A DNA stretch of 64,000 nt from Deltaproteobacteria bacterium (GTDB taxonomy: Bacteria > Myxococcota_A > Polyangia > HGW-17), in contig JAQICJ010000286.1 in assembly GCA_027858615.1 (NCBI GenBank), forward strand, positions 1,926 through 65,925. Reading direction: 5' to 3'. The position numbers were made by a program, and so were the translations under genes. Position 1 is the first letter of the stretch, and every line of letters starts with the position of its first letter. Of the stretch, positions 49,915 through 59,021 are shown piece by piece. The notes under the pieces are model-generated. The model saw only the letters and a program-made list of their open reading frames with translations. It was not told the origin of the DNA and did not search any database.

Positions 49915-51182
49915 CGGTAACTATTGCGTTGGGCTTACAGTGGGGCGACGAAGGCAAGGGAAAAATGGTCGATTATCTTTCTGAAACAGCTGATTTGGTT
50001 ATAAGGGCAGCTGGGGGAGCTAATGCCGGCCATACTATTGTTAATAATGATAAAAAATATATTCTCCATCATCTTCCTTCGGGGCTTATTCATGCTCACG
50101 CCCGAGCTTATCTTGCCTCCGGCATGGTTATCGATCCTTTCTCTCTGCTCAAAGAAATTAAAGGCATAGAACAACAGGGTCTGAGCGATCTGCGCAACCG
50201 AATTCAGATTTCGCCGGCTGCTCATCTGATTTTACCCTGGCACCGGGACCTGGAAAAGATCAGGGAAAAAAGCCCCGGCGCCATTGGAACAACTCTCAAG
50301 GGAATCGGACCCGCCTACGAAAGCAGAGCTTCCCGCAAGGGATTGCCCCTGGCTCTGCTGAAATACCCCGATCTCCTCAAGCAAAAGCTCAGTTCAATAT
50401 TTCAAGAATTTGCTCCATTTTTCGAAAAATTCGAAGTTTCAGTGGATTCGGTGGATGAAGTCCATGCTCAACTTCTACAGGTAGCCCGGGAAATTGTCCC
50501 TCTCCTTGGAGATTTGCAACCCCTGCTGGATAAATATATCCAACCAGACGACAACAATGAAATTATCCTGGAAGGTGCTCAGGGTGCTTTGCTTGACATT
50601 AATCACGGCACCTATCCCTATGTTACCTCTTCCTCCACTATTTCCGGGGGTTTGCTCTCCGGAACCGGAATAGGCCCTTTAAAGATAGATAAAGCTGTGG
50701 GGATAATGAAAGCTTATACCACTAGAGTCGGCAATGGACCTTTCCCTACTGAAATTCAAGGAAAAGCCGGTGAAAAAATGGGAAAAATCGGGGGTGAATT
50801 TGGTGCCACCACCGGAAGACCTCGTCGCTGTGGTTGGCTTGATCTTGTTGCATTAAAGTATGCAGTTAATTTGACAGGAGTGAAGGATCTGGTCATAACC
50901 AAAATTGATGTACTTTCAGATTTCGAGAAGGTAAAAGTTTGTACTGCCTATAAACTTCCTGATGGAACAAGCAGCAGTTTTTTTCCCGAGGATCCCTGGA
51001 TTCTGGAGAAATGCAGACCAGTATATAAAACTTTTCCTTCATGGAATATTTCAGGAAGTCTCACCGTTGATAATATAGATCCGGCTCTACAAGCTTTTAT
51101 TGACATGATAGAAAAATACACTGGAGCCCGAGTTTCCTTTTTATCCTGGGGACCCCAGCGCCATAAAACACTCAGGGTTTAA
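49911..51182 (+). CDS. purA: adenylosuccinate synthetase
   Basis: GTG start. QWGDEGKGK P-loop, GHT, GTTGRGIGP-like TLKGIGPAYE, and ATTGRPRRCGWLD motifs. Confidence 0.95.
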   Translation: MTVTIALGLQWGDEGKGKMVDYLSETADLVIRAAGGANAGHTIVNNDKKYILHHLPSGLIHAHARAYLASGMVIDPFSLLKEIKGIEQQGLSDLRNRIQISPAAHLILPWHRDLEKIREKSPGAIGTTLKGIGPAYESRASRKGLPLALLKYPDLLKQKLSSIFQEFAPFFEKFEVSVDSVDEVHAQLLQVAREIVPLLGDLQPLLDKYIQPDDNNEIILEGAQGALLDINHGTYPYVTSSSTISGGLLSGTGIGPLKIDKAVGIMKAYTTRVGNGPFPTEIQGKAGEKMGKIGGEFGATTGRPRRCGWLDLVALKYAVNLTGVKDLVITKIDVLSDFEKVKVCTAYKLPDGTSSSFFPEDPWILEKCRPVYKTFPSWNISGSLTVDNIDPALQAFIDMIEKYTGARVSFLSWGPQRHKTLRV

Positions 51183-51199
51183 AGGTGGGAGGATTTGTC

Positions 51200-51397
51200 A
51201 TGACCAGAAAAAGAAGTGACCAAAAAGACCGTAAAAAAAAATCCGGTGGTGCCATGAGAAGTTTAAGAGGTGGTTTCAAAAATACTGCCAGGAGTTTGAC
51301 AGGTAAATCAAAAAAGAGTAGATCTGTTGACTGGTTGATCAACCTGCTGATTCTGGCCATGGTTATTTATCTGGTTTACAGGTATTTTATTCAATAA
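51200..51397 (+). CDS. small basic protein with C-terminal transmembrane helix (hypothetical)
   Basis: GGAGG RBS 8 nt upstream of the ATG at 51200. K/R-rich N-terminus and a single hydrophobic helix LINLLILAMVIYLVY. Confidence 0.35.
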   Translation: MTRKRSDQKDRKKKSGGAMRSLRGGFKNTARSLTGKSKKSRSVDWLINLLILAMVIYLVYRYFIQ

Positions 51398-51520
51398 ATT
51401 CTTAAATTTATAGTACTCAAGTACAGGCCTGGCAGCTGTTTTAATTCTTCAAATCCATTTTATCCCCTGTTATCTTTTCAGTATTTTATCCTAAAATCAA
51501 AAGCTGCTGGTTGATTATAT

Positions 51521-52411
51521 TTGTCATGGCAACCACAGGGTTACAATCAGAAATATCTTTTTATGTTCAAAATTTTTTGCGGAAATTTGACAATTTTTTT
51601 GCTTCTTAGTTTTTTCATGATCAGGGATGTTCAGAGCAGGAAAAAAAAGAAGGCCAAAAAGAATGTCTGGAATAAAACTCCTCAGATGATGAAATTTATC
51701 AAGAAAATCAAGGTTCCCCAAAAGGGAATGGATAGTCAATGTGTGGCCCGTTTGCGGGCTAAAGGTATTCGCTTTCAATTGTTATCCAAGGTAAAACATG
51801 TTAATACCCCTATCAGAATAAAACAAAAATCTCTGGGTGGTGTTTTGTATCGAAGAGCTTGGAATAACAAGACAGCTCCCTTCATTTTGAATTGCAAAAT
51901 GGTTGAAAATCTTATTCTTGCTGGCCCCTATCTCAGACGTTACGGAATTGCCAGTGCATATTGGACTTCCGCCTGGAGATATTCTTTTATTCACGGGAAA
52001 AAAAAATTAAGTAATCATGTTTACGGGAATGCAATTGATATTACGGCTATTGATGGCGGTTTCGGATATGCTTCTTTGTCAGGACACTGGGAGAGGGGCT
52101 GCGGAGGTTGCGGTCGCAATTGCAAAACAAAAAAAGGAAGAGTTCTGCGAGCCTTTTCATGTGCCACCCGGGGTCGAAAATTGTTTAAAGCGGTTTTAAA
52201 TCCTGATTATGATGCTTTGCACTCTGATCATTTCCATCTGGGTAATCCTGCAGCCAATAAAAAGCTCAAGGTCAAGATTAAGGCAAAACATCTGGCAGAG
52301 ACAAAATCATCTCCAAAATCAAATGGGAGTGTTGTATCCAGAAATCACTGGGTAAAAGGTGAAGTGAAAAGAGATTGGGAACCACCCCGATCCAGACCAC
52401 CTCATTATTAG
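51521..52411 (+). CDS. extensin-like C-terminal domain protein (PF06904-like), secreted/membrane-anchored; start uncertain (alternative Met at 51563)
   Basis: GNAIDI and HSDHFHLG motifs characteristic of the extensin-like family. N-terminal hydrophobic segment. Confidence 0.6.
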   Translation: MSWQPQGYNQKYLFMFKIFCGNLTIFLLLSFFMIRDVQSRKKKKAKKNVWNKTPQMMKFIKKIKVPQKGMDSQCVARLRAKGIRFQLLSKVKHVNTPIRIKQKSLGGVLYRRAWNNKTAPFILNCKMVENLILAGPYLRRYGIASAYWTSAWRYSFIHGKKKLSNHVYGNAIDITAIDGGFGYASLSGHWERGCGGCGRNCKTKKGRVLRAFSCATRGRKLFKAVLNPDYDALHSDHFHLGNPAANKKLKVKIKAKHLAETKSSPKSNGSVVSRNHWVKGEVKRDWEPPRSRPPHY

Positions 52412-52419
52412 TAAATATC

Positions 52420-52443
52420 CCCCATTCTGGGACGGGAACTAGT
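52420..52443. repeat. solo terminal repeat of the TIR element (CCCATTCTGGGACGGGAACTAGTT), 8 nt after the stop of the extensin-like gene
   Basis: Exact match to the right terminus of the long copies. Confidence 0.7.
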
Positions 52444-52663
52444 TCAAAACATGATTTTATTGTCTGAGAAATAAACATAAAATTTGTTTTGGAAAAATTT
52501 CCTGGTTCCAGGCAAAGATTGACACAGATGAATATTCTCAGATTTTTATTTCTTGTTTTGAAATTCTATAAAGAAGAAGAGTATAATATTTTTTAAATTT
52601 TAATTTGGAATTTTTCTCAGTTTATTTTCTGAGTTTAATTCCTGAGATTAGGGAGTTTATTCT

Positions 52664-53500
52664 ATGAACATAAACAAAATAAAGCTCAGACAAATAAAGT
52701 TTTTTCCTCTTTTTTTCCTCTTTTCTACTTTGCTGGCATTGCAGTGGGGCTGTGAAAAGAAAAAAACCTGTCCTTATGGACAGAAAAAAGTTGGAGAGGA
52801 ATGCCGGTGTAAATTTAATTCCAATTGCCCTAAGGACCAGGTTTGCAAAAATGGCAAGTGTGTGGTCAAAGTCAAAAAAGACACCTGTCCCGAGGTGCCC
52901 TGCACCCAGGGAAAAGTTTGCAAAAACAGCAAGTGTGTCAATTGTGAGAATGATCAGGAATGTGGTGATGGAAAACATTGCAGTGACGGTCTTTGCAAGA
53001 AAAATGGCAATGAATGCAGTCCCGATAAAGATTGTCCTCTGGGGCAAAAGTGTGAACATGGGTATTGTGTTGAGCACAAGGGGGTTGGACCAACTTGTAC
53101 AGGAGCTAATTGTATTAAGGCACCATGCAATTTGAAGCCGGTGTTTTTCAATTATAATGAAGCCAGTATTCCCACCTTTTCCCAACAAGCTCTCAAACAC
53201 AATATCGCTTGTCTCAAAAAGGCCTATGCCAAGGATATCAAAAAAATTCACCTGATTGGTATGTGTGATCCCCGCGGACCCACAACTTTCAATGATGACC
53301 TGGCCAGTTTGAGAATTAAGTCAGTAATTGACAGAATGACTCTGCAGGCACCTTCTTTAATGAAAAAATTTGAGACTTCCACTGAGCCCCTCGGTGAAAC
53401 CTGCGCCAAAGGTACAGGCCCCTCAGGTTGGAGGAAAGACAGAAGAGTTCAGATTGTCTGGTATCGCAGTGATAAGGTTTGCCCAGTTATTAAAGAATAA
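52664..53500 (+). CDS. OmpA-family (peptidoglycan-binding) protein with N-terminal Cys-rich repeats
   Basis: Signal peptide, about 8 C-x-x-x-C-type Cys repeats. C-terminal OmpA-like block (IHLIGMCDPRGPTTFNDDLASLRIKSVIDRM). GGGAG RBS. Confidence 0.7.
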   Translation: MNINKIKLRQIKFFPLFFLFSTLLALQWGCEKKKTCPYGQKKVGEECRCKFNSNCPKDQVCKNGKCVVKVKKDTCPEVPCTQGKVCKNSKCVNCENDQECGDGKHCSDGLCKKNGNECSPDKDCPLGQKCEHGYCVEHKGVGPTCTGANCIKAPCNLKPVFFNYNEASIPTFSQQALKHNIACLKKAYAKDIKKIHLIGMCDPRGPTTFNDDLASLRIKSVIDRMTLQAPSLMKKFETSTEPLGETCAKGTGPSGWRKDRRVQIVWYRSDKVCPVIKE

Positions 53501-53511
53501 TCAGGTTTCCA

Positions 53512-54009
53512 ATGAAAACATCAATCTTTGTTTGCAACAAAAAATTTGACTTGGTCAAAAAACTTTTTGTTTTTGCCCTTTTGTTTTTATCACTGGTGGC
53601 TGTGGCAGGTTGTACCAAATATTTTGCTTCCCGCAGCCAATTTGACAAAATTGACAGAGAAGCTGCTTTGGTGGAAGAGGAACTGGCGGATGCCGATCTG
53701 TCCGCACAGAAAAGGTACAAAGTTCTCAGTTCCCAATTAAAGGAAATCAAATCCATAAAAGACGAACGCCAATTGTTTCAAGGAGCCATGAACCGAATGT
53801 CAACAGCTCTTTTTCAGGATATTAAAGAACTGACTCGAGCTGTGGCTGATCTGACCACCAGGATGGACAAACTGGAAAAAAAAGCCGAAGCTTTATTGGA
53901 GAAGAGATCTCGGCAAAAACAAATCGTAGAAAAAAAATGGGATGAAAAGATTAAGAATCTGGAACAGAAAGCCTGCAAAAAATGGCCAGGTCTTGAAGGG
54001 TGCAGATAA
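53512..54009 (+). CDS. coiled-coil lipoprotein (hypothetical)
   Basis: Lipobox VAVAGC, then heptad-rich helical sequence. Confidence 0.45.
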   Translation: MKTSIFVCNKKFDLVKKLFVFALLFLSLVAVAGCTKYFASRSQFDKIDREAALVEEELADADLSAQKRYKVLSSQLKEIKSIKDERQLFQGAMNRMSTALFQDIKELTRAVADLTTRMDKLEKKAEALLEKRSRQKQIVEKKWDEKIKNLEQKACKKWPGLEGCR

Positions 54010-54029
54010 TAATTGGAAAATGAGGAATT

Positions 54030-54884
54030 ATGGTGAAAATTAAAATCTGGTTTTTTACAGGATTGGTGTTTTCTTTTCTCTTGTCGGGTTGCAGTTGGTT
54101 TGTAACCAGGAAAGAAGCCGATCAGATGAAAATTAGAGTTGAAAAAATTTCCGAAGAATTGAAACAAAGAAGAAAAGAAGAAAAAGTTTTTGGTGAGGCC
54201 ATAGTTAATGCAAAAAAAGAATTGAGCAAGGTATCTGAAGCCAGAGAACGCTATCGCAAGGAACAAACGGCTTTTATCAGGAAGGTTCATCTCCTGCTTT
54301 CAAAACTCAATGTAAACATCAGAACTTTTGAAGTAAATCTGGCATCTTTAAAAAAGAAGGTGGACAAAACCCTCAAAAAAGAAGTGGAAGAAATTGAAAC
54401 TATCTTCAAGGAAAGGGCTGCTGAGCTTCAGGAACTGGGAAAAAAATTCAATTTGCTCATTGCCAATTATATCAAGGATTCTCCCCAAAAATTTCTCAAG
54501 TATTACAAGGCTTTTGCTGTAGCTAAAGAGTGGAAATCCCTCAATCGGCATCTGGCCCTGATGAAGTTGAAATATCCTTCTTCAAATGAAATGGAAGAAG
54601 GGTTGATTTTTGCCCTGAAAAAACTGAATGAAGCCAAAGAATACGGTAAAGTAATCATTTATTGCGGGCTCTATCGCCGACTTTTTTCCCAAGGGCCACA
54701 TTATCCCCTTAGCTTGCTGATGGAAGCCGAGGCAAAATATGCCATTATGAATTGCAGTGATGCCATTAAACTGCTTGAAGAATTCAGCAAAAAATTTCCC
54801 AACCACAAACAGTTTTCCAAAGTCAAAAAATTGCAGCAGGATATTTCATCCAAACTTCACTCCAAGATGTATTGTGCCAAGTAA
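54030..54884 (+). CDS. coiled-coil plus TPR-like lipoprotein (CpoB/YbgF-like architecture, hypothetical)
   Basis: Lipobox LLSGC, N-terminal coiled coil, C-terminal helical repeats. Confidence 0.4.
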   Translation: MVKIKIWFFTGLVFSFLLSGCSWFVTRKEADQMKIRVEKISEELKQRRKEEKVFGEAIVNAKKELSKVSEARERYRKEQTAFIRKVHLLLSKLNVNIRTFEVNLASLKKKVDKTLKKEVEEIETIFKERAAELQELGKKFNLLIANYIKDSPQKFLKYYKAFAVAKEWKSLNRHLALMKLKYPSSNEMEEGLIFALKKLNEAKEYGKVIIYCGLYRRLFSQGPHYPLSLLMEAEAKYAIMNCSDAIKLLEEFSKKFPNHKQFSKVKKLQQDISSKLHSKMYCAK

Positions 54885-54953
54885 GGGAATAGTTCCAACC
54901 AATCCAATTCGGTCTAAACATTGATTTTTAGATAAAATTTGCAAAGAATAGCA

Positions 54954-56936
54954 ATGAGTATATTTAAACTTGCCGGTGATCTTGTTCCAGCTGGCGATCA
55001 GAAAAATGCAATCAAAACTATCGTCAAGGGAATAGAAGAAGGAGAGAGGGATCAGATTCTGCTTGGAATAACCGGAAGTGGTAAAACTTTTACCATGGCA
55101 AAAGTTATTGAAGCCACCAGCAAGCCCACTTTAATTCTTGCTCATAACAAGACTCTGGCCGGTCAGTTGTATTCAGAATTCAAGAATTTATTTCCCCATA
55201 ACAGCATAAATTACTTTGTTTCTTACTATGATTATTATCAGCCAGAAGCTTATATTCCAGTAACTGATGCTTATATTGAAAAGGATGCCCAGATCAATGA
55301 AGAAATTGACAGATTGAGGCATGCTGCCACCAATGCTCTATTGTCCCGCCGGGATGTAATTATAATCGCCAGTGTTTCCTGCATTTACGGGATAGGTTCT
55401 CCTGAATTTTATCAGGAATTAGCGATTGAGGTGAAGGTGGGAGACTATATAGACCGCGATGAATTTTTGAGAAAACTGGTTGATATTCAATATACTCGGA
55501 ATGATTACGATTTTTTCAGGGGAAATTTCAGAGTCAGGGGAGATGTGGTGGAAGTTTTTCCGGCTGATGAAGATCGCTGGGCCATCAGAATTGAATGGTT
55601 CGATGATGAGATTGAAAATATCATGGCAGTTGATCCTTTTTTAGGTGAAGTTGGACGCAGATTTCAGCAGTTCAGTATTTTTCCTGGAAGTCATTATGTA
55701 GTTCCCAAAAGGGATTTGAGTCGGGCGATTGACAAGATCAGAGTAGAACTTCAGAAAAGGATTGCCTGGTACAATCGTAATGGCAGAATGCTCGAAGCCC
55801 AGAGGATAGAATTCAGGACAAGTTCAGACTTGGAAATGCTGGAAGTAACAAATTATTGCAAGGGAATTGAGAATTATTCCCGTCATCTGTCAGATCGGAA
55901 AGAAGGTGAACCGCCGGCTACTCTGCTTGATTATTTCCCTGATGATTTTTTGCTTTTTGTGGATGAAAGTCATCAGACCCTCCCTCAGGTCAAAGCTATG
56001 TACAAAGGAGACAAAAGTAGAAAATCCAATCTGATTGAATTTGGTTTCAGACTCCCCAGTGCTTTTGACAACCGTCCCCTCAAATATGATGAATTTCAGG
56101 AAAGGATCAATCAGGCGGTATATGTAAGTGCAACTCCCGCCGATACGGAGTTTGCCTTGACCCAAGGGGTTTTTGTGGAACAGATTATCAGACCCACCGG
56201 TCTCTTGGATCCGGAGATTGAGGTGAGGGGAGTTGATAATCAACTGGATAATCTGCTTGAAGAAATTAAAATCAGAACAGAAAAAAATGAAAAGATTCTG
56301 GCTTTGACTCTTACCAAGCGCATGGCTGAGCAGTTGACCCAGTATTATCTTGATCTTGATGTCAAGGTTCAATATCTTCACAGTGAAATTGACACTCTGG
56401 AGAGGATGCAGATTCTGAAAAGTTTGCGTCTGGGAGAGTTTGATGTGCTGGTAGGAATTAATCTGTTGCGGGAAGGGCTAGATTTGCCCGAGGTCTCTCT
56501 GGTTGCTATTTTGGATGCCGATGTTCAGGGGTTTTTACGATCCGAAACTTCTCTTTTTCAGATTTGTGGTAGAGCAGCGCGTCATGTAGAGGGTAAGGTC
56601 ATTATGTATGCTGATAAGATTACTCCTGCCATGCAAAGTGTAATCCAGGAGACCGAAAGAAGAAAAATAATCCAGCATGAATACAATCAAAAGCATGGAA
56701 TAACTCCTCAGACTATCAGAAAGAAGGTAGATGATCTTTTTGGAATGATAGGAAAAAAACCGGTTCAGGAAGAATATGATCAGGATGTGGATCTCCAAAA
56801 TGAAGTTGAACTGGAAAAAGTTCTGAAAAAGCTGCGCAAGCAGATGCACAAGTATTCAAGAAATCTTGAATTTGAAAAAGCCGCCGCTGCCAGAGACAGG
56901 ATCAAGGAATTGGAAAGCAGATATCTTCTGCAGTAA
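54954..56936 (+). CDS. uvrB: excinuclease ABC subunit B
   Basis: FKL..D..PAGDQ N-terminus, GITGSGKTF Walker A, DESH box, and C-terminal UvrB/UvrC interaction helix ([15 protein letters not shown]). ORF open from 54939; UvrB-like start at MSIFKL. Confidence 0.95.
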   Translation: MSIFKLAGDLVPAGDQKNAIKTIVKGIEEGERDQILLGITGSGKTFTMAKVIEATSKPTLILAHNKTLAGQLYSEFKNLFPHNSINYFVSYYDYYQPEAYIPVTDAYIEKDAQINEEIDRLRHAATNALLSRRDVIIIASVSCIYGIGSPEFYQELAIEVKVGDYIDRDEFLRKLVDIQYTRNDYDFFRGNFRVRGDVVEVFPADEDRWAIRIEWFDDEIENIMAVDPFLGEVGRRFQQFSIFPGSHYVVPKRDLSRAIDKIRVELQKRIAWYNRNGRMLEAQRIEFRTSSDLEMLEVTNYCKGIENYSRHLSDRKEGEPPATLLDYFPDDFLLFVDESHQTLPQVKAMYKGDKSRKSNLIEFGFRLPSAFDNRPLKYDEFQERINQAVYVSATPADTEFALTQGVFVEQIIRPTGLLDPEIEVRGVDNQLDNLLEEIKIRTEKNEKILALTLTKRMAEQLTQYYLDLDVKVQYLHSEIDTLERMQILKSLRLGEFDVLVGINLLREGLDLPEVSLVAILDADVQGFLRSETSLFQICGRAARHVEGKVIMYADKITPAMQSVIQETERRKIIQHEYNQKHGITPQTIRKKVDDLFGMIGKKPVQEEYDQDVDLQNEVELEKVLKKLRKQMHKYSRNLEFEKAAAARDRIKELESRYLLQ

Positions 56937-57110
56937 TTAGTTCCCACCTCAAAAAGGAAGGTCATCGCCTGAACAGTTCATTTTGCCTCATTTGCTTTGT
57001 CATAACTTCTTGATATAGTATCAACTATGTCGGCGAGGTTATTGGGCGCATCTGAGGCAAACTTCTTATTCAGTCAAAAAATCCCATTCTGGGTTGGAAA
57101 CAAATTAGTT
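56937..57110. mobile_element. long-type copy C of dispersed TIR element (about 174 bp), starting immediately after the uvrB TAA
   Basis: Left end TTAGTTCCCACC, conserved core CCTCATTTGCTTTGTCATAACTTCTTGATATAGTATCAACTATGTC..GCATCTGAGGCAAACTTCTT, right end CCCATTCTGGGTTGGAAACAAATTAGTT. Confidence 0.75.
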
Positions 57111-57342
57111 CTGACTACAGAAATCGGGTAATTTTTTTGTAAAAATTCCAGGCTTATTTCTCCTTTTGGTTGATCATGAATTCTTTTTCTTGTAAATGTC
57201 ACTTGTTATATTTTTTTTTTTACTTCTTCTAGCTGAAGTTCAGCCCGGATCTGTTGCCAGTCAGAATTGATTTTCAGATGGCCAAGGCATCTGAAACGGG
57301 AAACTTGCTGATTGCCGTTTTGTAATGGCATACAGACAATTA

Positions 57343-57416
57343 AGGGCCTATAGCTCAGTTGGTCAGAGCCACCGGCTCATAACCGGTCGGTCCCTGGTTC
57401 GAGTCCAGGTAGGCCC
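57343..57416 (+). tRNA. tRNA with anticodon CAT (elongator tRNA-Met or tRNA-Ile2/lysidine type); CCA not encoded
   Basis: GGGCCTA/TAGGCCC acceptor, D-arm GCTC-AGTTGGTCA-GAGC, anticodon arm ACCGG-CTCATAA-CCGGT, T-arm CCTGG-TTCGAGT-CCAGG, A73. Paired 1:72 and no GGG/CCC anticodon stem, so not an initiator. Confidence 0.85.
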
Positions 57417-57522
57417 ACCCTTACTGTATGGAAAATACTATATTTTCAATTACTTCAATAAAAGCAAATTCATATCCAATATTATTTCTCAAAAAATTCA
57501 CTCAGGGGTTCGGAGGTAGACA

Positions 57523-58236
57523 TTGAAAGAAAATCTGCATAAATTGCTGGTATTGCAAGAACACGATGTTGAAATAAATAAACTTGATCAAGAAAAACAA
57601 GATATGCCTCAGGAACTGGAATCTCTTAAAAGTGATGTTTCTGAACTGGAGGCAATTCTTAAAAAGGAGATGGACAGTCTGGAGGAGGTTCAAACCTGGA
57701 AAAAAAACAGGGAGGAGAGTCTTACCGGAACCGAAGAGAGAATAAAAAAACGAATCAAGGATCTAGATAAGGTCACCACCGGGAAAGATTATTTTGGTCT
57801 CCAGAAAGAATTGGAAATTCATCGAAAAAAAGCCAGAGAACATGAAGATGAAATTCTCAAGTTGATGGAAGTTGTGGAAGAGAGGCAGAAGGTTGTTAAA
57901 GATAGAAAAAAACAACTGGATCGCTTTTGGAAAGCAGTTGAGAAAAAAGAAAAAGGCTTTACCGAAAGAATGGCCAAAATTGATAAACAGTTGGAACAAC
58001 TAAATAAGGAAAGAAAAGAACTTTCCAGTGGTATTCCCAAGAATCTGATGCGTAAATATAATTTTCTCACCAGCAAAAGGTTTCCGGCAATGGTGGAAGC
58101 CAAAGAAGAAAGATGTCTTGGTTGCAATATGGGAATACCTGCTCAGAAATTCAATTCACTCTATGAAGTTTCAGATATAGTTGAATGTCCTTTTTGTTCA
58201 AGGATACTTTATATCAAGGAAGCTCTTGAAGGTTAA
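57523..58236 (+). CDS. coiled-coil protein with C-terminal C4 zinc ribbon (COG1579/zf-RING_7-like)
   Basis: TTG start with GGAGG RBS. Long heptad coiled coil, and C-terminal C-x-x-C ... C-x-x-C (CLGCN...CPFCS). Confidence 0.65.
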   Translation: MKENLHKLLVLQEHDVEINKLDQEKQDMPQELESLKSDVSELEAILKKEMDSLEEVQTWKKNREESLTGTEERIKKRIKDLDKVTTGKDYFGLQKELEIHRKKAREHEDEILKLMEVVEERQKVVKDRKKQLDRFWKAVEKKEKGFTERMAKIDKQLEQLNKERKELSSGIPKNLMRKYNFLTSKRFPAMVEAKEERCLGCNMGIPAQKFNSLYEVSDIVECPFCSRILYIKEALEG

Positions 58237-58291
58237 ATTTATAAATATCCTTGCAAAACTGTTCCCCCACCAATAAGTTTTATTTTTTAGA

Positions 58292-59020
58292 TCAACGGCA
58301 TAATTGTCTTTTTTTCCAGGGGAGGGTTCCCTTCCAGCAACTGTAAACTTTTTTTATTTTGTCCTGCTTATCTTCATCATCTTTATCATCTTTGTTTTCC
58401 CCGTTATCAGTTTTATTTTGCTCACCTTCGGGTGATTCAGGAAGAAGAGCAGTTTCTTCAGTTATGTCTGTTTTTTGCCCGGAAGCATCTTTGGTGGGTT
58501 TGGGTTCAGGTTCGATTATTTCTGAACGACATTCATTCCAGGCCCATTTTTCAGGCTGACCGCAGGACGGTATTTTTTGAGAGGCTGAAATATCCCAGCC
58601 CGAAGCCAGTTTGCAGCCTTTATTATCTTCTTGTAAGTGGCAATAAGCTCTGGTGGAAAGACGGATTGTTTCTTTGTCATCACAGTCAAAATCAAAACTG
58701 CCATTTTTTCTGGGTATCGAAAAATAACTCTTTTGCTGGGGATGAACTCTAGAATCGTTGTCGTCACAATCTCCACTTTTTTTAATGTAGTTTTCAGTTT
58801 GCCCACAGGACATTTTTGAAATTTTGGAATTTCCCCAACCATCACCATCTTTGTCCAGATAAAATTTTTCCTTGTGTTTACATCGATGGGAATCTTCGGG
58901 TTTTCTGTTTTTGAATTTTGTTAGTAGGTGTTTGTCTTTTCTTTGAAGGCTTGAAGGAGAGCTTTCACAACTTGACCAGATTGCTATTGTAAAAAAGACA
59001 AATAAAGTGGAACGCGGCAT
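58292..59020 (-). CDS. secreted protein with MopE-like putative metal-binding motif (DKDGDGWG...C...DCDDND..VHP)
   Basis: Signal peptide, DGDGWG and DCDDND motif pair, acidic C-terminus. Confidence 0.5.
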   Translation of the reverse strand: MPRSTLFVFFTIAIWSSCESSPSSLQRKDKHLLTKFKNRKPEDSHRCKHKEKFYLDKDGDGWGNSKISKMSCGQTENYIKKSGDCDDNDSRVHPQQKSYFSIPRKNGSFDFDCDDKETIRLSTRAYCHLQEDNKGCKLASGWDISASQKIPSCGQPEKWAWNECRSEIIEPEPKPTKDASGQKTDITEETALLPESPEGEQNKTDNGENKDDKDDEDKQDKIKKVYSCWKGTLPWKKRQLCR

Positions 59021-59021
59021 G

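Noticed and set aside
52622-53251. 209-aa minus-strand ORF opposite the OmpA-family gene
   Set aside because: Its low-complexity product is antisense to a gene with clear OmpA and Cys-repeat motifs and a good RBS. It was judged spurious.
18451-57110. Dispersed repeats considered as a CRISPR array
   Set aside because: The copies are scattered over 40 kb, not regularly spaced, have terminal inverted repeats and variable internal deletions, and no cas genes are present. A MITE/REP-like element is the better fit.
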